NCBI RefSeq assembly: GCF_018350175.1
Contig: NC_058369.1
Span: forward strand, 2,482,001-2,546,000
DNA: 64,000 bases
Direction of reading: 5' to 3'
From: Felis catus
Taxonomy: Eukaryota
Shown here: one piece after another, positions 1-12,452 of the stretch
How positions within the stretch are numbered: position 1 is the first letter of the stretch
How the letters are laid out: the number at the start of each line of letters is the position of its first letter
The notes under the pieces: generated by a model
What the model was told of the DNA's origin: nothing
Databases searched by the model: none
The model's input: the letters and a program-made list of their open reading frames with translations, nothing else
Position numbers and translations under genes: made by a program

Positions 1-39
1 ACCCTCCCCTGACCCTGCCGACGCCCCGGTCTCCCTCAG

Positions 40-118
40 GGTCAAGCCAGCCATCTTCGACCTGCTGTTGGCCGTCTGCATCGGCGCCTACCTCGGGATG
101 GCCTACACGGCGGTCCAG
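40..118 (+). CDS. NCLN: Nicalin, penultimate coding exon (transmembrane segment)
   Basis: Acceptor ctccctcAG|G at 38-39 and donor CAG|GTGAGC at 119. Translation (R)VKPAIFDLLLAVCIGAYLGMAYTAVQ matches the nicalin C-terminal TM region as I recall it. Confidence 0.93.
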
Positions 119-252
119 GTGAGCCGGGGGAGGGCCGGGAGGGGGCTCACCCAGCCAGGTGCGTGCTCACCCCCACCCTGCCTAGCAGGACGTGACCCCC
201 AGGCAGCCCTTGGGCCCAGCTCTCACTCACGCCCCCCACGCCGCCCCTATAG

Positions 253-312
253 CACTTCGACCTCCTGTACAGAACCGTTCAGAGACTGCTCGTGAAGGCC
301 AAGACGCAGTGA
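253..312 (+). CDS. NCLN: Nicalin, last coding exon with cytosolic tail HFDLLYRTVQRLLVKAKTQ*
   Basis: Acceptor ccctatAG at 251-252, in frame with the previous exon (phase 0), TGA at 310-312. Ends in KAKTQ, a KxKxx ER-retrieval-type motif. Confidence 0.93.
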   Translation, partial: HFDLLYRTVQRLLVKAKTQ

Positions 313-1754
313 CGCCCCCGCCTGCCACCCCTCCCCACGCCACAGCCGGCCGGCACCCCGAATTACAGAGCTTTTCGTGTTGCTCTTGAGGACTTGGGGG
401 GTTCTTTCTCTTTTCTGTCCCGTGAACTCTATGGGAGGAGCATTTGGTGGAGGCCCCGGGGCCGGGCCCTGGACTTGGGGACAAGTCTGCGGACGAGCCC
501 CCCGCCCCGGAGGCGACCCCCCAGCCCTCAGGGTTCACGGGCTGCAGGATGACCAGAAAGGCGCCCGGCACGTCCCTCCTTTTGCCCGCGACGCTGACCG
601 GCGACTGCAGGCTGAGGGGCAGGGGGCCGCCCCTCTCTGGCCCTGTCTGGCCTCACGCCGCCCCGTCCGCCTGGTGATGTGGGTGCTCAGCCTCTTGTCT
701 GCCGGGCAGCACCAGCCCATCCCTCGGAGACTGGGTCCCCCGCCCTGGCCTCTCGCCTCGGGTGCGGCCTTGGAACACGTGTCCCCCGAGCCCCTGGCTT
801 GTCACAGCCTCTGCCCTCCCGCCGTGCCCAGGGCACTTGAGCCTGTCCCTCGGGGACCCGGCTGCCCCGACGCCCCTGGGGCGGGAGACAGGCGTGGAGA
901 GAGGAGGCACCCTAGCCCTCTGCCCCTTCCCTTGGGCTCTCTGGGCCTCGGTCTCCTCACCTGTGGAGTGGAGGCTGTGTTCTGGGGGCAGCCGGTGCCC
1001 CCGAGTCTGAGGACGGCATCCAGGCTGGGGATCGAGGAGAGCGTTTGCTGGAGGAGACGTGGCTGCCCTTCCCAGGACCTGGGACCTGGAGAGGAAGGTC
1101 TGGGCCTGAACCCCACAAATCAGGCTCCTTGTAAGGGAAGGGTGTGGAGGGGGCCTCCAGTGCTGCTGAGATTGATCTCAGGGAGACCCAGGCGAACCGA
1201 TTCATTAGCAATATAATCAGTGAGGTGTTCTGTGCCGAGGGGAGGGTCAGGATGAGGGAGGCTCTGGGCACCTGCCTCAGCCCCCAGGGAGGCCTTAACG
1301 GAGGGTCTGGAGAGCAGGGGGACCGCTCCCTCCCACGTGCCCCCCCCCCCCAGCCCCAGCCCTCCCCAGAAGCCAGCTCACCACCCACTGCAGGGACGGG
1401 CTCCCGGGGGCTGTGTCTCCGTGTCCACCTTGGGCCTCCTGCCTTCGCCAAGCCAGACCGTCCCTGTCCCAGCCCCCCAGGCACAGGGAGGGGCAGGTGT
1501 GGGGTCTACAGGCTCTCCTGCCTCTGCCCCCCTCCCCCCCACCTTGCCCTGCTGGGTGGCCTGTCTCCCCCAGAGACTGTTTACCGAGTGCCCAGCCAGC
1601 CCGGCCACCTCTGGGGGCAGGACTCGAGGACCGGTGTTGGCCCGTCTTCCTCACGTGTGCCTGCCCAGCGGGTGTCCCTCCTGCTGGGGCGGCCGTCAGG
1701 ACTGCTAACTGTTCAGAGCTCAGGCTGGTTGGGGACGGACTTGGACGATCAGAA

Positions 1755-1760
1755 AATAAA
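1755..1760 (+). terminator. NCLN: Probable NCLN polyadenylation signal AATAAA (3' UTR about 313-1780)
   Basis: First AATAAA I found after the stop codon, followed by GT/T-rich sequence (cgtgtcctgt, ggtgttttgt). Cleavage site is inferred. Confidence 0.7.
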
Positions 1761-2299
1761 GCCATATCGAATGATCCGCCTCTCGTGTCCTGTCCGGGAG
1801 CCGCTTCTAGGGTGTTTTGTGCTCCTTGAGGGGCCTGGGGCCAGGGGAGCGGGGTCGGTCCTTCCTGCCCCCCAGCTGCCAGCTGAGGGTGGAAACCCAC
1901 TCGCTGTCCAGTGGGATCACGGGGTGTGTTTGATTCCTGGGGCAGCTGTACCCCGACCGGGCACCCTGAGCAAGTTTCTGGTCTCCCAGCTCTGGAGGCC
2001 AGAAGTCAGGGGCAGGGCGTGGGCAGGGCTGGCTCCTGGGTCCCCGGCAGTCTCTTCCTGGCTCTCTCGGGTCCCTCGGCTCGTGGGCGTGTGGCTCCAG
2101 CTTCGCGCCTGCACTTTCCGTCTGCTTCTCTCCCGCTCTCAGGCCGCCACCCCCGGGGCAGCACCACAACCTCTCTGCTGATAAATATGCAAAGACCCTC
2201 TTTCCAGAGAAGGTCACGTGCTGAGGCTCCCGTGGGTGTGAATGGGGCTGGGGGGGGGGGAGGGGGCTGTATGCAGGCTGCCCCCATCATCCCGCCTCC

Positions 2300-2990
2300 C
2301 CTGACCCCCAGTCCCAAACCAGTCTCCAGGGCCGTCCGGGCCGGAGTACAGCCACTGCGGCGCTCGGGCGCAACGCTCCACTTCGGGTTTACAGGGCCCA
2401 GGTCTCTGCTTCAGGCCTGGGAGCTCCCGCCAGGTGCCTGCCCCCCAGGCTTACCCTGCTCGGCTCCACCCAGATCTGTCGGCCGGTTAACGGCGTCCGT
2501 GTGACCTCTGTGGTGGTCAGTGAGAACAAACAAGGTGTTCTCTCAGGGGCTGGTGTTCTGGATGTGGGAGAGGACAGCCTGCGCGCGGTGTCAGAGCTCC
2601 GAGCCGCCGGCAGGTGGTGTAGACGGGCTGCGGGGAGTCCCGGAGGGGGATCCTTCGCCTGGTGGCGTGCTCGCGGGCGCCCTTGCGTGGCCGCTGAGGG
2701 GAGGACGAGGGCGGGAGGCGTCCAGGACCCGAGGGCCGCGCAGGTCCAGGCGGAAGGATGGGCGGGGCGGGGCGGGGGAGGGGGAGGGGGAGGGGATACC
2801 GGCGCCCGAGGGGAGGGGCCACCGCCGTGGTGGGCTGGGCCTGGAGCGGGGACTGGCCGCGTTTCCCCAGGGACCCCCGGCCCCAGTGTCGGGACCGTCT
2901 CCCTTCCCTTCGCCCCGCCCCCCACGGGCCCAGGTAAAACTCCCCACGGTTCAGAGGGAGAAGCCAGACGGTCGTCTACTCGTGTTAACG
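2300..2990. promoter_or_regulatory. CpG-rich, GC-box-containing patch downstream of NCLN
   Basis: Dense CpG and GGGCGGGGCGGGGCGGGGG at about 2760-2778. No linked exon identified. Confidence 0.4.
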
Positions 2991-3052
2991 TACACGGATT
3001 TTTCCTTTTCCTCTTTACACACAAAGTTCCACGGCCTGGAAACGGGAAAACG

Positions 3053-3260
3053 GGGGCGCCCGGGTGGGGTAGCGCGGTCGGTTGAGCGTCCGACTTGAGC
3101 TCAGGTCATGATCGCACGGTTCGTGGGTTCCGGCCACGCGTCAGGCTCTGTGCTGACAGCTCACCTTCAGATCTGTGTCCCGCTCCCTCCCCGCCCCTCC
3201 CCTGCTTGTGCTCTCTCTCTCTCAAAAATCAACATAAATAAGTAATTAACTTTAAAAAGA
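3053..3260 (+). mobile_element. Carnivore tRNA-derived SINE (SINEC_Fc-like), diverged
   Basis: GGGGCGCC head, ggttgagcgtccgact, tcaggtcatgatc, (CT)n linker and A-rich tail. Confidence 0.85.
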
Positions 3261-3372
3261 AACCAGGAAAACAAGCCACCAATCACTGTAGCTGGACTTT
3301 TTTTCCATCCTGTTTCCTAGAGTGTGTGGTGTATATGAAACCCCATTTTGAAAATCGCGTAAGTTTTAAGTA

Positions 3373-4025
3373 CGGTTGACCCTTGACATGGGTGTTAGGG
3401 ACACTGTCGAAAATCCGCATACAACTTTTGACTTCCCAGAGCTTGACAACTGATAGCCTCCGCTCGACCAGAAGCCTGAGCAATGATGCCAGCAGCCGAT
3501 GAGCACAAGTTGGTGTGTTACGAGTTACCGGCTGTGATATGTGTGTTACGTGTGTTCCCTGCTGTGATGTGTATGTGTTAGCCGTGTTCCCTGCTGCGAT
3601 GTCTGTACATTATGCGTGTTACCTGCTCTGATCTCTGTATGTTTTGTGTGTTACTTGCTCTGACCTCTGTATGTTATGCGTGTTATCTGCTCTGACCCCT
3701 GTACGTTATGCGTGTTACGTGCTGTGATCTTTGTATGTTATGCGTGTTACTTGCTCTGATCTCTGTCTGTTATGTGTGTTACCTGCTCTGATCTCTGTGT
3801 GTTATTTGTGTTACCTCCTCTGATCTCTGTATGTTACGCGTTACCTGCTCTGATCTCTGTATGTCATGTGTTTTATCTGCTGTATTCTCAAAGTAAGCTG
3901 GGGAAAGAAAGTTAACTCTAATCACGGTCACGAGGAAGAGGAAACAGATCCCAGCGCTGTGCTGTAAAAGTTGCACGTGCAAGGGGACCCACTTGGTTCA
4001 AACCGTGTTGTTCAAGGCTCAGCCT
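3373..4025 (-). mobile_element. Non-autonomous Tigger2a-like (TcMar-Tigger) DNA transposon carrying an internal minisatellite
   Basis: TA followed by a TIR-like cggttgacccttga on the left and gttgttcaaggctcagcct on the right. Internal gtcgaaaatccgcatacaacttttgacttccc and aaagtaagctggggaaagaaa resemble the Tigger2a consensus as recalled. Confidence 0.7.
3515..3885. repeat. 32-bp minisatellite, about 11 copies
   Basis: Unit GCGTGTTACCTGCTCTGATCTCTGTATGTTAT repeated head to tail with point variants. Confidence 0.9.
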
Positions 4026-5814
4026 TGTTTCTCTTTGGACAGCTCTGTAGGCGCTGGGTGTGAAGTGTGGTGTGAGGTACGAAGATGCGGTGTCGACACC
4101 AACTCACGTGTGAACCTACGAGTGCTCTGGAATGATCCCTCACTCTCCGTCGCCACCCCTCTCAGGGCCCTCTTCGTCCCCGGGTGACTGCCGATCATGT
4201 CACTGGGGACTAGTGTCATTAGGCTGTGGAGTCAACCAGTACCTGCCCACCTGCCATGTGTCAGGTGCCACGCTGGGCTGGGGGAGACACGGAGGGGAGA
4301 CACTCTCCCAGCCACCCTGAGGCTCGCTGTCTGCTGGGAAGACGGGTGACTAAGGAAAGAATACATGGGGACTGGATGGTGAGAGGCCCTAAACTAGGCC
4401 TTTGAGTAAAGTCGGAATGACAAGGATTAAGCCATGTGGAAATTAGGGACGGTGGTCCAGGCATCGGGCACAGCCTGTGCAAAGGCCCCGGGGCAGGACG
4501 GTGCCTGGTGTGTGGGAGGAGCAGTGTGAGCCATGGGGAGAGAGGGAGGCGGGGAGGGCCCTGCGGGGCCTCCAGGGAATCGGCAGGGCCTCTGCCTCTT
4601 ACTCCCAACGTGATGGGGAATGTGGGGAGGAGGTGGGCCGAGGAGAGGAGGGATGGGGCCCGGCTTGCATTTGGAAAGGTCACTGGCTCCCAGAGGATGG
4701 TCGGGAAGGTGACTTTGTTCCGTGGGGCTCCTCGGTGTGGATAAGTGAAGTGTCATTAGCCCTGGGCAGCGGCAGCAAATGATTTGGGCGAAGGTGAAAT
4801 CCAACAAGCATCCTGCAGCCTCCGTGAGGACCCCACGGGGGTCACACGTAGCTTTGACCTCTACCCCAGGGGCCTTTGTTTTGAGGCAGTAAAACACAAG
4901 TGAACCTCCTTCCAAGCCACCTCGGTCTCCCTGGAGTCACCGTCCCCAGCCTGTATCCTTCCTGTTCTTTAGAAAGCATTCTTACATGCATCCTTACAAA
5001 CCCGGACACTTTTCAGCAGTGTTGTGTGTGCGGCTTCAACATTTTACACCAACAGCATCAAAGTGTCCTGGTCTGGCGTCCTCTAACACACGCACGTCCC
5101 TTTTTTGTCGCCGTCCAATATTCCGTCCCGGGAAGGTGCCTGGAGTGACCCACTTTCCTGCTGACGGACGCCTAGCTTTCCCCAACCTTCGGCCATCACA
5201 AACCTTCCCGGGTGCCTTTCGGAGCCCTGGGGGGAACACGTGCACCCGGAGGTCAGCACGCTGGGGCCCGTGGCCTAGTCCGGCTACCCGTGATCGTAAA
5301 TAAAGTTTCACTTGCACGTGGCCACGCTCAGCTCACTACGTATCAGGGGCACTCCCAAGGGCGGAGCTGAGTGGGGAGTGGGGGGACCCTGTGCCCCCCC
5401 CAAGCCCAAGATGTTTGCCCCCCAGCCCTCTCCAGGAAGAGCCTGCGATCCCCCACCTCCACTCTGGCTTTCCTCTCTTAGTGGAGAGACTGTCCAGAGA
5501 GCCGTGGTTGTTTGGCACTGAGCACACACTCGCCGCCTCTGAGAGACGCTCCTGCTTCTGATCCGTCCGGAGGCCCGGGGAGGGGTGAGCCAGCTGCTGA
5601 GGACACATGGTTCCAAGGGGCTGCAGAAATGTCTCCACCCGTCGTGGCTCAGGACTCCAGGGGCCGGCCCGAGGACCAGAGAGATCTCTGGGAAGAAGGC
5701 ATGAGAGAGAGAGAGAGACAGAGAGAGAGGCTCATGGCGGGCACGGCTCTAAAGGGACAGATGGGGGTGCTAACCCCGTGCTTCCCAAACATTTGCTTTC
5801 TGTTTCCTAACTTT

Positions 5815-6026
5815 AAAAAAAATTTTTTTTTAATGTTTATTTATTTTTGAGGGAGACAGCCTGTGAGCAGGGGAGGGGCAGAGAGAGAGAGACACAGAAT
5901 CCGAAGCAGGCTCCAGGCTCCGAGCCGTCAGCACAGAGCCTGACGCGGGGCTCGAACTCACAAACCGTGAGATCATGACCTGAGCCGAAGTCGGACGCTC
6001 AACTGACCGAGCCACCCAGGCGCCCC
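5815..6026 (-). mobile_element. SINEC_Fc-like SINE with intact 14-bp TSD
   Basis: Reverse-complement SINE body. TSD tgtttcctaacttt at 5801-5814 and 6027-6040. Confidence 0.93.
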
Positions 6027-6744
6027 TGTTTCCTAACTTTTTATCTGGACACCATTTCAGATTTACGGAAACGTTCTAGAAACACCCGGAAGTTTTCAAA
6101 GCCTCCGTGCAGTCTGCAAACGCTGACATTTCACATCTGCTTCCTGCGTTTCTCCCTCTCCCTGTCTGTCCCCTCACCCCGCTCCTAAACCCACACGCGT
6201 TTCCTAAAGTGCCCTCCTCACAGAGCACCCGCCCAGCTCAGGAAGCAGACACCAATACAGATGACAGACTGACTCCAGCATTGGTCATTGTCCCCAACAG
6301 CATCCTCCGTGGTAAAGAACGTTCCAGATCACGCCCGCCTTCCGGGATTCTGTCTCTCTAGCCTCCTTTACCCCTGGAGCATTCTCCACCTTTGTGTCTT
6401 AGGATCTTGACACTTTCAGGGGGCCTGGCCACTCTTCTGTAGAACAGCCCCCACAGTCCTGGCTTTCTGGTGTGTCCACAGGATGGGGTTCAGCTTCTGT
6501 GTTGGGGGAGGGCACGGGGATACCACAGACAGAAGTGAAACCCGGGTGCCATGTCCCGCCCGGGGCGTGAACCCTGGTGGCGTGGCTAATGTGGCATCTG
6601 GGGTTTCTTCCCTTGGTGACCCCTAAGTTGTGGGGAGGTTCTGTGTGCAGACCCCGGTGCTCCTCAAAGGCCACCCTCCGGTCTGGGTGACACTCTGATG
6701 GCCACGGAGGGCGGGTGCCCCTCACCCCATCCCTCCTACATTTT

Positions 6745-7145
6745 TTTTTTTTGCTTTGTATTTTTTAAGTAAACCTTTAAAAAATTTATTGTTTTAATTT
6801 ACATCCAAGTTAGTTAGCATCTAGTGCAACGATGATTTCAGGAGTAGATTCCTTAATGCCCCTCCCCCATTTAGCCCATCCCCCCACCCACCACCCCTCC
6901 AATAACCCTCAGTTTGTTCTGCATATTTATGAGTCTCTTCTGTTTTGTCCCTTTCTTGTTTTTATGTTATTTTTGTTTCCCTTCCCTTATGTTCACCTGT
7001 TTTGTCTCTTAAAGTCCTTATATGAGTGAAGTCCTATGATATTTGTCTTTCTCTGACTAATTTCACTTAGCATAATCCTCTCCAGTTCCATCCACGTAGT
7101 TGCAAATGGCAAGATTTCGTTCTTTTGATTGCCGAGTAATACTCC

Positions 7146-7189
<44 letters not shown>

Positions 7190-7945
7190 CCACATCTTCT
7201 TTCTCCATTCATCCATCGATGGCCATTTGGGCTCTTTCCAGACTTTGGCTCTTGTCGATAGTGCTGCTATAAACACTGGGGTGCATGTGTCCCTTCGAAA
7301 CAGCACACCTGTATCCCTTGGGTAAATGCCTCGTAGTGCAATGGCTGGGTCGTAGGGTAGTTCCATTTTTAATTATCTGAGGAACCTCCACACTGTATTC
7401 CAGAGTGGCTGCACCAGTTTGCATTCCCAACAGTAGTGAAAAAGAGATCCTCTCTCTCCGCATCCTCGCCAACATCTGTTGTTGCCTGAGTTGTTACTGT
7501 TGGCCACTCTGACAGGTGTGAGGGGGTATCTCATGGTGGTTTTGATTTGTGTTTCCCTGATGAGGAGTGATGTTGAGCATTTTGTCATGTGTCGGTCAGC
7601 CATCTGGATGTCTTCTTTGGAGAAGTGTCTATTCATGTCTTTCGCCCATTTCTTCACTGGATTATTTGTGTTTTGGATGTTGAGTTTGATAAGTTCTGTA
7701 TAGATTTTGGATACCAGCCCTTTATCTGACGTGTCATCTGCAAATATCTTCTCCCATTCCGTCGGTTGCCTTTTAGTTTTGCTGATTGTTTCCTTCCCTG
7801 TGCAGAAGCTTTTTATTTTCATGAGGTCCCAGTAGTTCATTTCTGCTTTGTTTCCCTTGCCTCCAGACACGTGTTGAGTAAGAAGTTGCTGTGGCCGAGA
7901 TCAAAGAGGTTTTTTGCCTGCTTTCTCCCCAGATTTTGATGGCTT
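6745..7945 (-). mobile_element. 5'-truncated carnivore LINE-1 (ORF2 C-terminus and 3' UTR)
   Basis: Minus-strand ORF fragments [27 protein letters not shown] and ELPYDPAIALRGIYP are L1 ORF2p C-terminal motifs. Poly-T at the left end and internal (GT)n at 7148-7186. Confidence 0.92.
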
Positions 7946-10036
7946 ACCACAAAACTCACCCTTTTAAAGCGTCCTTGGCCGTGGTTTGTAGTACATGCAC
8001 AGAGTTGTGCATCCGTCACGCCTAATTCCAGAATATTCCATCACCCTAAAAGACACTGGTCCCCATCGACAGTCCCTCCGCCAGCCTCTGGTAGCCACGG
8101 TCCGCTGTCTGTCTCTGGATTTGCTGTTCTGAACATTTCACACGCACGGAATCCTACAGGAGACGACCCCAACCCGTTCTGACAGGCACTCAGTCCCATG
8201 GAGGGCTCCCCTCGCTCTCAGCCTCAAATTCCCACAGGAAGAATTCACTGACCCTCCGGGGCAGGTGTCCATGCCTGGCCACATGCGCGGTGGCCGGAGG
8301 GCAGAGCCCCACCCGGGGAGGCGGAGGGAGGCCATGCCCCCTCCTCCCAGGCTCACTGGGCCGAGCGGAGTTTGTTGAGAGGGGGCATCGAGAGGTTGAC
8401 CCAAGGAGGAATCATTTTCCATCCCAGGGGCCACAGGGCAGGGATCAGGGACTTGGGAGAACCCCAGCGGAGATCGGGGTTCCCACAGGAGGGAAGGGGT
8501 AGCTCCTTCCCAGCACAAGGGAGGACGGTTGAGGTGGGTCGGTGAGGACCAGAGACCTCTGCTCTGTGTGGATGTGTGGAGGCAGGAGGCATCTGGGATG
8601 AGTAGAGGTGCGACGTATGTGCCCAGCGGACACATCACCAGCCCCTAGATCCTCTGGAATGTGCTAGAAGAGTGGTGGGCAGCCTGAGCAGTGAGGGGCT
8701 GGAGGGCGTGGAGGGCAGAGCAGGGCCAAGAGGCATCAGGGTCCAAAGGGACACGTTCAAGCTGACCATCACCCAGGGAGGCACTCAGGCTGGCCGTTCA
8801 GAGACCACCAAAGGGCAGAGGCCCCACTCTGCCCGTGCCCGCTGACCCGCCATTTCCCTCCACGAGCAGGGTCAGAACCCACATTTTGGGCAGGATGCCC
8901 AGGTGGGCACACGCCCTTTCCAGGAAAGACTCCGCCTTAGCCGACAGGAGCAGATTGTCCTGCGGGCCCCCGAGACACACGGCCCTGGAGGGGGGCTGTG
9001 TGGTGAGGAATGCGGGTGGCACCTGGGGCCGAGCCAGAAAGCGTGGACGGCAAAGCCCCGAGCGTGGAGAGACCTTGCGCTCTGGATGCCGCCAGGCTGA
9101 GCCCTCGATTGCAGCTTCGTGGGACTGGGGAGCGAACCCAGTCGCTCGCTGTGCTCCAATTACTGGCCCAGGGAAGCCACGAGCAGGAGACACGTGTTCC
9201 GGGCCAGTGAGTTGGTTGTAAGTTGTTACACAGCTGTAGCTAGCTGATACAATGGTCGCTGGTGTCGATCCCGCTCTTGGCCTCGGCATTATTCCCTGGG
9301 CTTGGCTTTCCTGCCCCCAGAACGTTCCTGCTGTGCCTCCCAAGTCCTTCTTGACGTCTCCTTACCGTTTACAAAGTGCCCCCTTCCAGTTGCTCTCGGG
9401 AAGGATCCTAAGCAGAGGTGGGGGGCAGTTCTCAGGGCACACACGGCCTGGAGGGGGTGCCCAGGGCCGCCTCCTCCATGCTCGGGGAGGAAGGGGTTTT
9501 GACACAGGAAAGTCAGTCCCAGGGGCTTCCCACCAGCCAGGGGAAGGATGGCAAGAATCAGGATTTAAGTAAATTTGCAGGGAGTGTAGAAACTCGGTGT
9601 TTCTTGGGCACCGTTATTTCGGGACTGGGGGGCTCACCCCACTCCCCACCCGTGGTATCACTTGAGCCTCACAGATTCCCTTCACAGAACTGTCACTGCC
9701 CCTCCCCACGATTTATTGATGATGGAGCTGGGGCCCAGAGAGTTGAGGTGACTCACCCAAGGCCACACAGTGCAAACCGCTTTTTATTAGGGTTAGAGCC
9801 CTGTCCCCTAAAGCAGGGTTTCCCAAAATGGGGGGGAAACCCCACTGGGATTTTCAGAGATGGATGGAAAAACCGTAGCGCGAGAAAGGCCCACCTTTTC
9901 CAAGCCCACTTGCTCTTCCATTTAAGTCAGAGGAAGTTTCTCCAGGGCTAACGGGTCTGTAACGGTTCTCACGCAGAGTGAAAGCGTCAGTGTCCAGTTG
10001 AAACCTTCTACCCGCATATCTAATAAACCGTGTTTC

Positions 10037-10290
10037 TTTTATTTTTTAATTTTTATTTTATTTTTATTTAAAAAATGTTTAATGTTTATTTTTGAGAGAG
10101 AGAGAGAGAGACAGTGTGAGCAAAGTGGGGGCGGGTCGGGGGGAGGGAGAGGGAGACACAGAATCCGAAGCAGGCTCCAGGCCCTGAGCTGTCAGCACAG
10201 AGCCCGACGCGGGGCTCGAACCCACGAGCTGTGAAATCATGACCTGAGCTGAAGTCAGACGCTTAACCGACTGAGCCCCCCAGGTGCCCC
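10037..10290 (-). mobile_element. SINEC_Fc-like SINE
   Basis: T-rich tail, (GA)n, gaatccgaagcaggctccagg, ends caggtgcccc. Confidence 0.9.
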
Positions 10291-11846
10291 TGAACCTCGT
10301 TCCTTTCAAAGGCAACAATGTAAATTTGCCTTTAAGATAAATTTATTTAAGGTTTTTTTTTTTTTTCAAGAGGCGACTGGTAACAAGGAAAATGTCACAT
10401 AAATAGTGCTTGTGCATCTCACACCCACCAGGGTGGCGACTACTTAAAAAAAAAAAAAAAGAGGAAATAAGAGAATAACAGGTGTCAGCGAGGATGGGGG
10501 GGAGATCGGAGCCCTCGCTCCCGGCTGGGGGAACGTGAGACGAGGCAGCCGCGGTGGAAAAGTCTGGCGGGTCCTCACAACGTTAAAGATAGAGTCGCCA
10601 TCGGACCCATCGATTCGGCTTCCGGGTTTATACCCCAAAGAGCCGATTGCTGGGCCGTGAACGGATGCTTTGCACACCCCTGTTCCCAGCAGAGGACTCA
10701 CAATGGCCGGGAGGCTGAGGCCACCCAGATGTCCACGGCACGTCGGTCCACACGATGCCATGATGAGGACATTCTGACACCTGTCTTGGCAGGCACGGGT
10801 CCCCAAGACCGGGGAGCCAAGGGACTTGCTGGAAGCCTCCCCCCAACCCCCAACTCCCCCCCCCACCCCGGGCTCTGCTCCCGCCGCCCCCCCCTCACCC
10901 CTGCTTCTTCAGTACCGTCCCAACCGGGAGGATGCTGATGGTGACCGGGTCTCCCAAATTGGAGCATCGGCCGTGTGGGCTCCAGATGTTTCCAGGTGCA
11001 CAGGCTGCTTTGTGACCCCACCCGGGTCAGGGAATGAGCTCCAGGGACGGGTATCGTTCAGACGGTGGGATGCTGGGTCTAACGTCCCCAAGGTCAGTCT
11101 GGAGCGGGGCTGGGCTCTCTCTGGCGCCTTCCCCACCCCTTTGTTTGGGGCAGAGGTAAGAGAGTGAGGAAAAGGCATCTCTGGCTCCCGGGGGGGCCTG
11201 CTGGGTTTAATTTCTGTCCCTTCCCCCCTCTCCTGGCACATCAGAGGCCCACAGGGCTCCGGGCATCAGGCTCAGATCTCCATGGAGACGGTGCCTGCCT
11301 CCAGCTCGGCTCCGGGAGCCCATCCTGGGGCTGAGCGGGACAGGGAGGGGGGGGGGGCTGGTCAGGACCAAGGGCTGGAGGCTGTAAGAGGACCCGTGAC
11401 CCCTCCCACCCCCGCTTCCTAGCCAAGCCTGATGTCCTGCTCCAGTCTGGGGGCGGGCAGGTCCCTGCCAGTAATAGTCCTGACAACAGCCGTTTATGGA
11501 GGGGCGGGGGGGTGGGGCTGAGAATGTCCCAGGCGCTGTACGGAGCCTCACCCATGAGCTCGCTGAATCCACGCCAGGGACCTCACCCCGTTCGCTCTGG
11601 GTTCAAATCCCGGCGCTCTTTGTGCGTGGCCTTGCACCAGCGGCTCGACCTCCCTGAGCCTCAGTTTCCCTTTTACGGCTGCTCTGAGGGTTGGTTGTGC
11701 AGGGAGGGACTGGGGTGAGCTCGCCTGCGGAGCGGTTTAAGGGGGTGCAGGAAACTCAGTCATCAAGATGGGGATCCTTTTCATGCAATTTTAAAAATCA
11801 ACACTGATGAACAACAAATCCGTAACGAACAGAATGTCAACATTTT

Positions 11847-12063
11847 ATTTTATTTTTTAATGATTTATTTTGAGAGAGAGAGCGTGCGCGGGAGGGGCAG
11901 AGAGGAAGGGAGAGAGAGAGAGAGAGAGAGAGAGAATCCCAAGCAGGCTCCGTGCTGTCAGCACAGAGCCCGATACGGGGCTCGATCCCACAAACCTCAA
12001 GACTATGACCTGAGCTGAAATCAAGAGTCAGACGCTTAACCGACTGAACCATCCAGGTGCCCC
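11847..12063 (-). mobile_element. Carnivore SINE with 15-bp TSD
   Basis: TSD gaatgtcaacatttt (11832-11846) versus gaatgtcgacatttt (12064-12078). Confidence 0.9.
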
Positions 12064-12337
12064 GAATGTCGACATTTTCAATAGAATCAGTATTGCTGAT
12101 TTTTTCCTTTGGCTCAGCGTGACATTGTCACTGATACCGTCTTGGTTTTGAAATAACATTTTAAATTTAAAATGAATAAAAATACAATAAATTAAAAATT
12201 AAAATCAGGGATCAGTAACACTGCCATGCTGAGTCAACGGGAAAACTCAGGAATACTAATTCTGCCTTTATTTAAATTTTTGATATCGTGTCCCTTGTAT
12301 TTTTTGCGTTTTGATCTTTTAAACATTACACTAAGTG

Positions 12338-12452
12338 TTTTTTTTTTTAAGTTTATTTATCTAATTCATTTTGAAGTCATCTCTACACCCGACGTGGGGC
12401 TCGAACTCACAACCCCGAGGTCAAGAGTCACGTCGTCTACTGACTCTGACTA
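12338..12452 (-). mobile_element. Short, older carnivore SINE fragment
   Basis: T-tail followed by gtggggctcgaactcacaaccccgaggtcaagagtc. Confidence 0.7.

Noticed and set aside
377..2181. 279-aa and 345-aa plus-strand ORFs after NCLN
   Set aside because: They lie in or across the GC-rich NCLN 3' UTR, the first has a non-ATG start, and I recognise no domain or splice structure in either.
3515..3885. 32-bp repeats that might suggest a CRISPR array
   Set aside because: Units are contiguous with no unique spacers, there are no cas genes, and the DNA is mammalian.
7067..7870. L1 ORF2 fragments as an active retroelement gene
   Set aside because: 5'-truncated, split across frames and missing the endonuclease and RT core.
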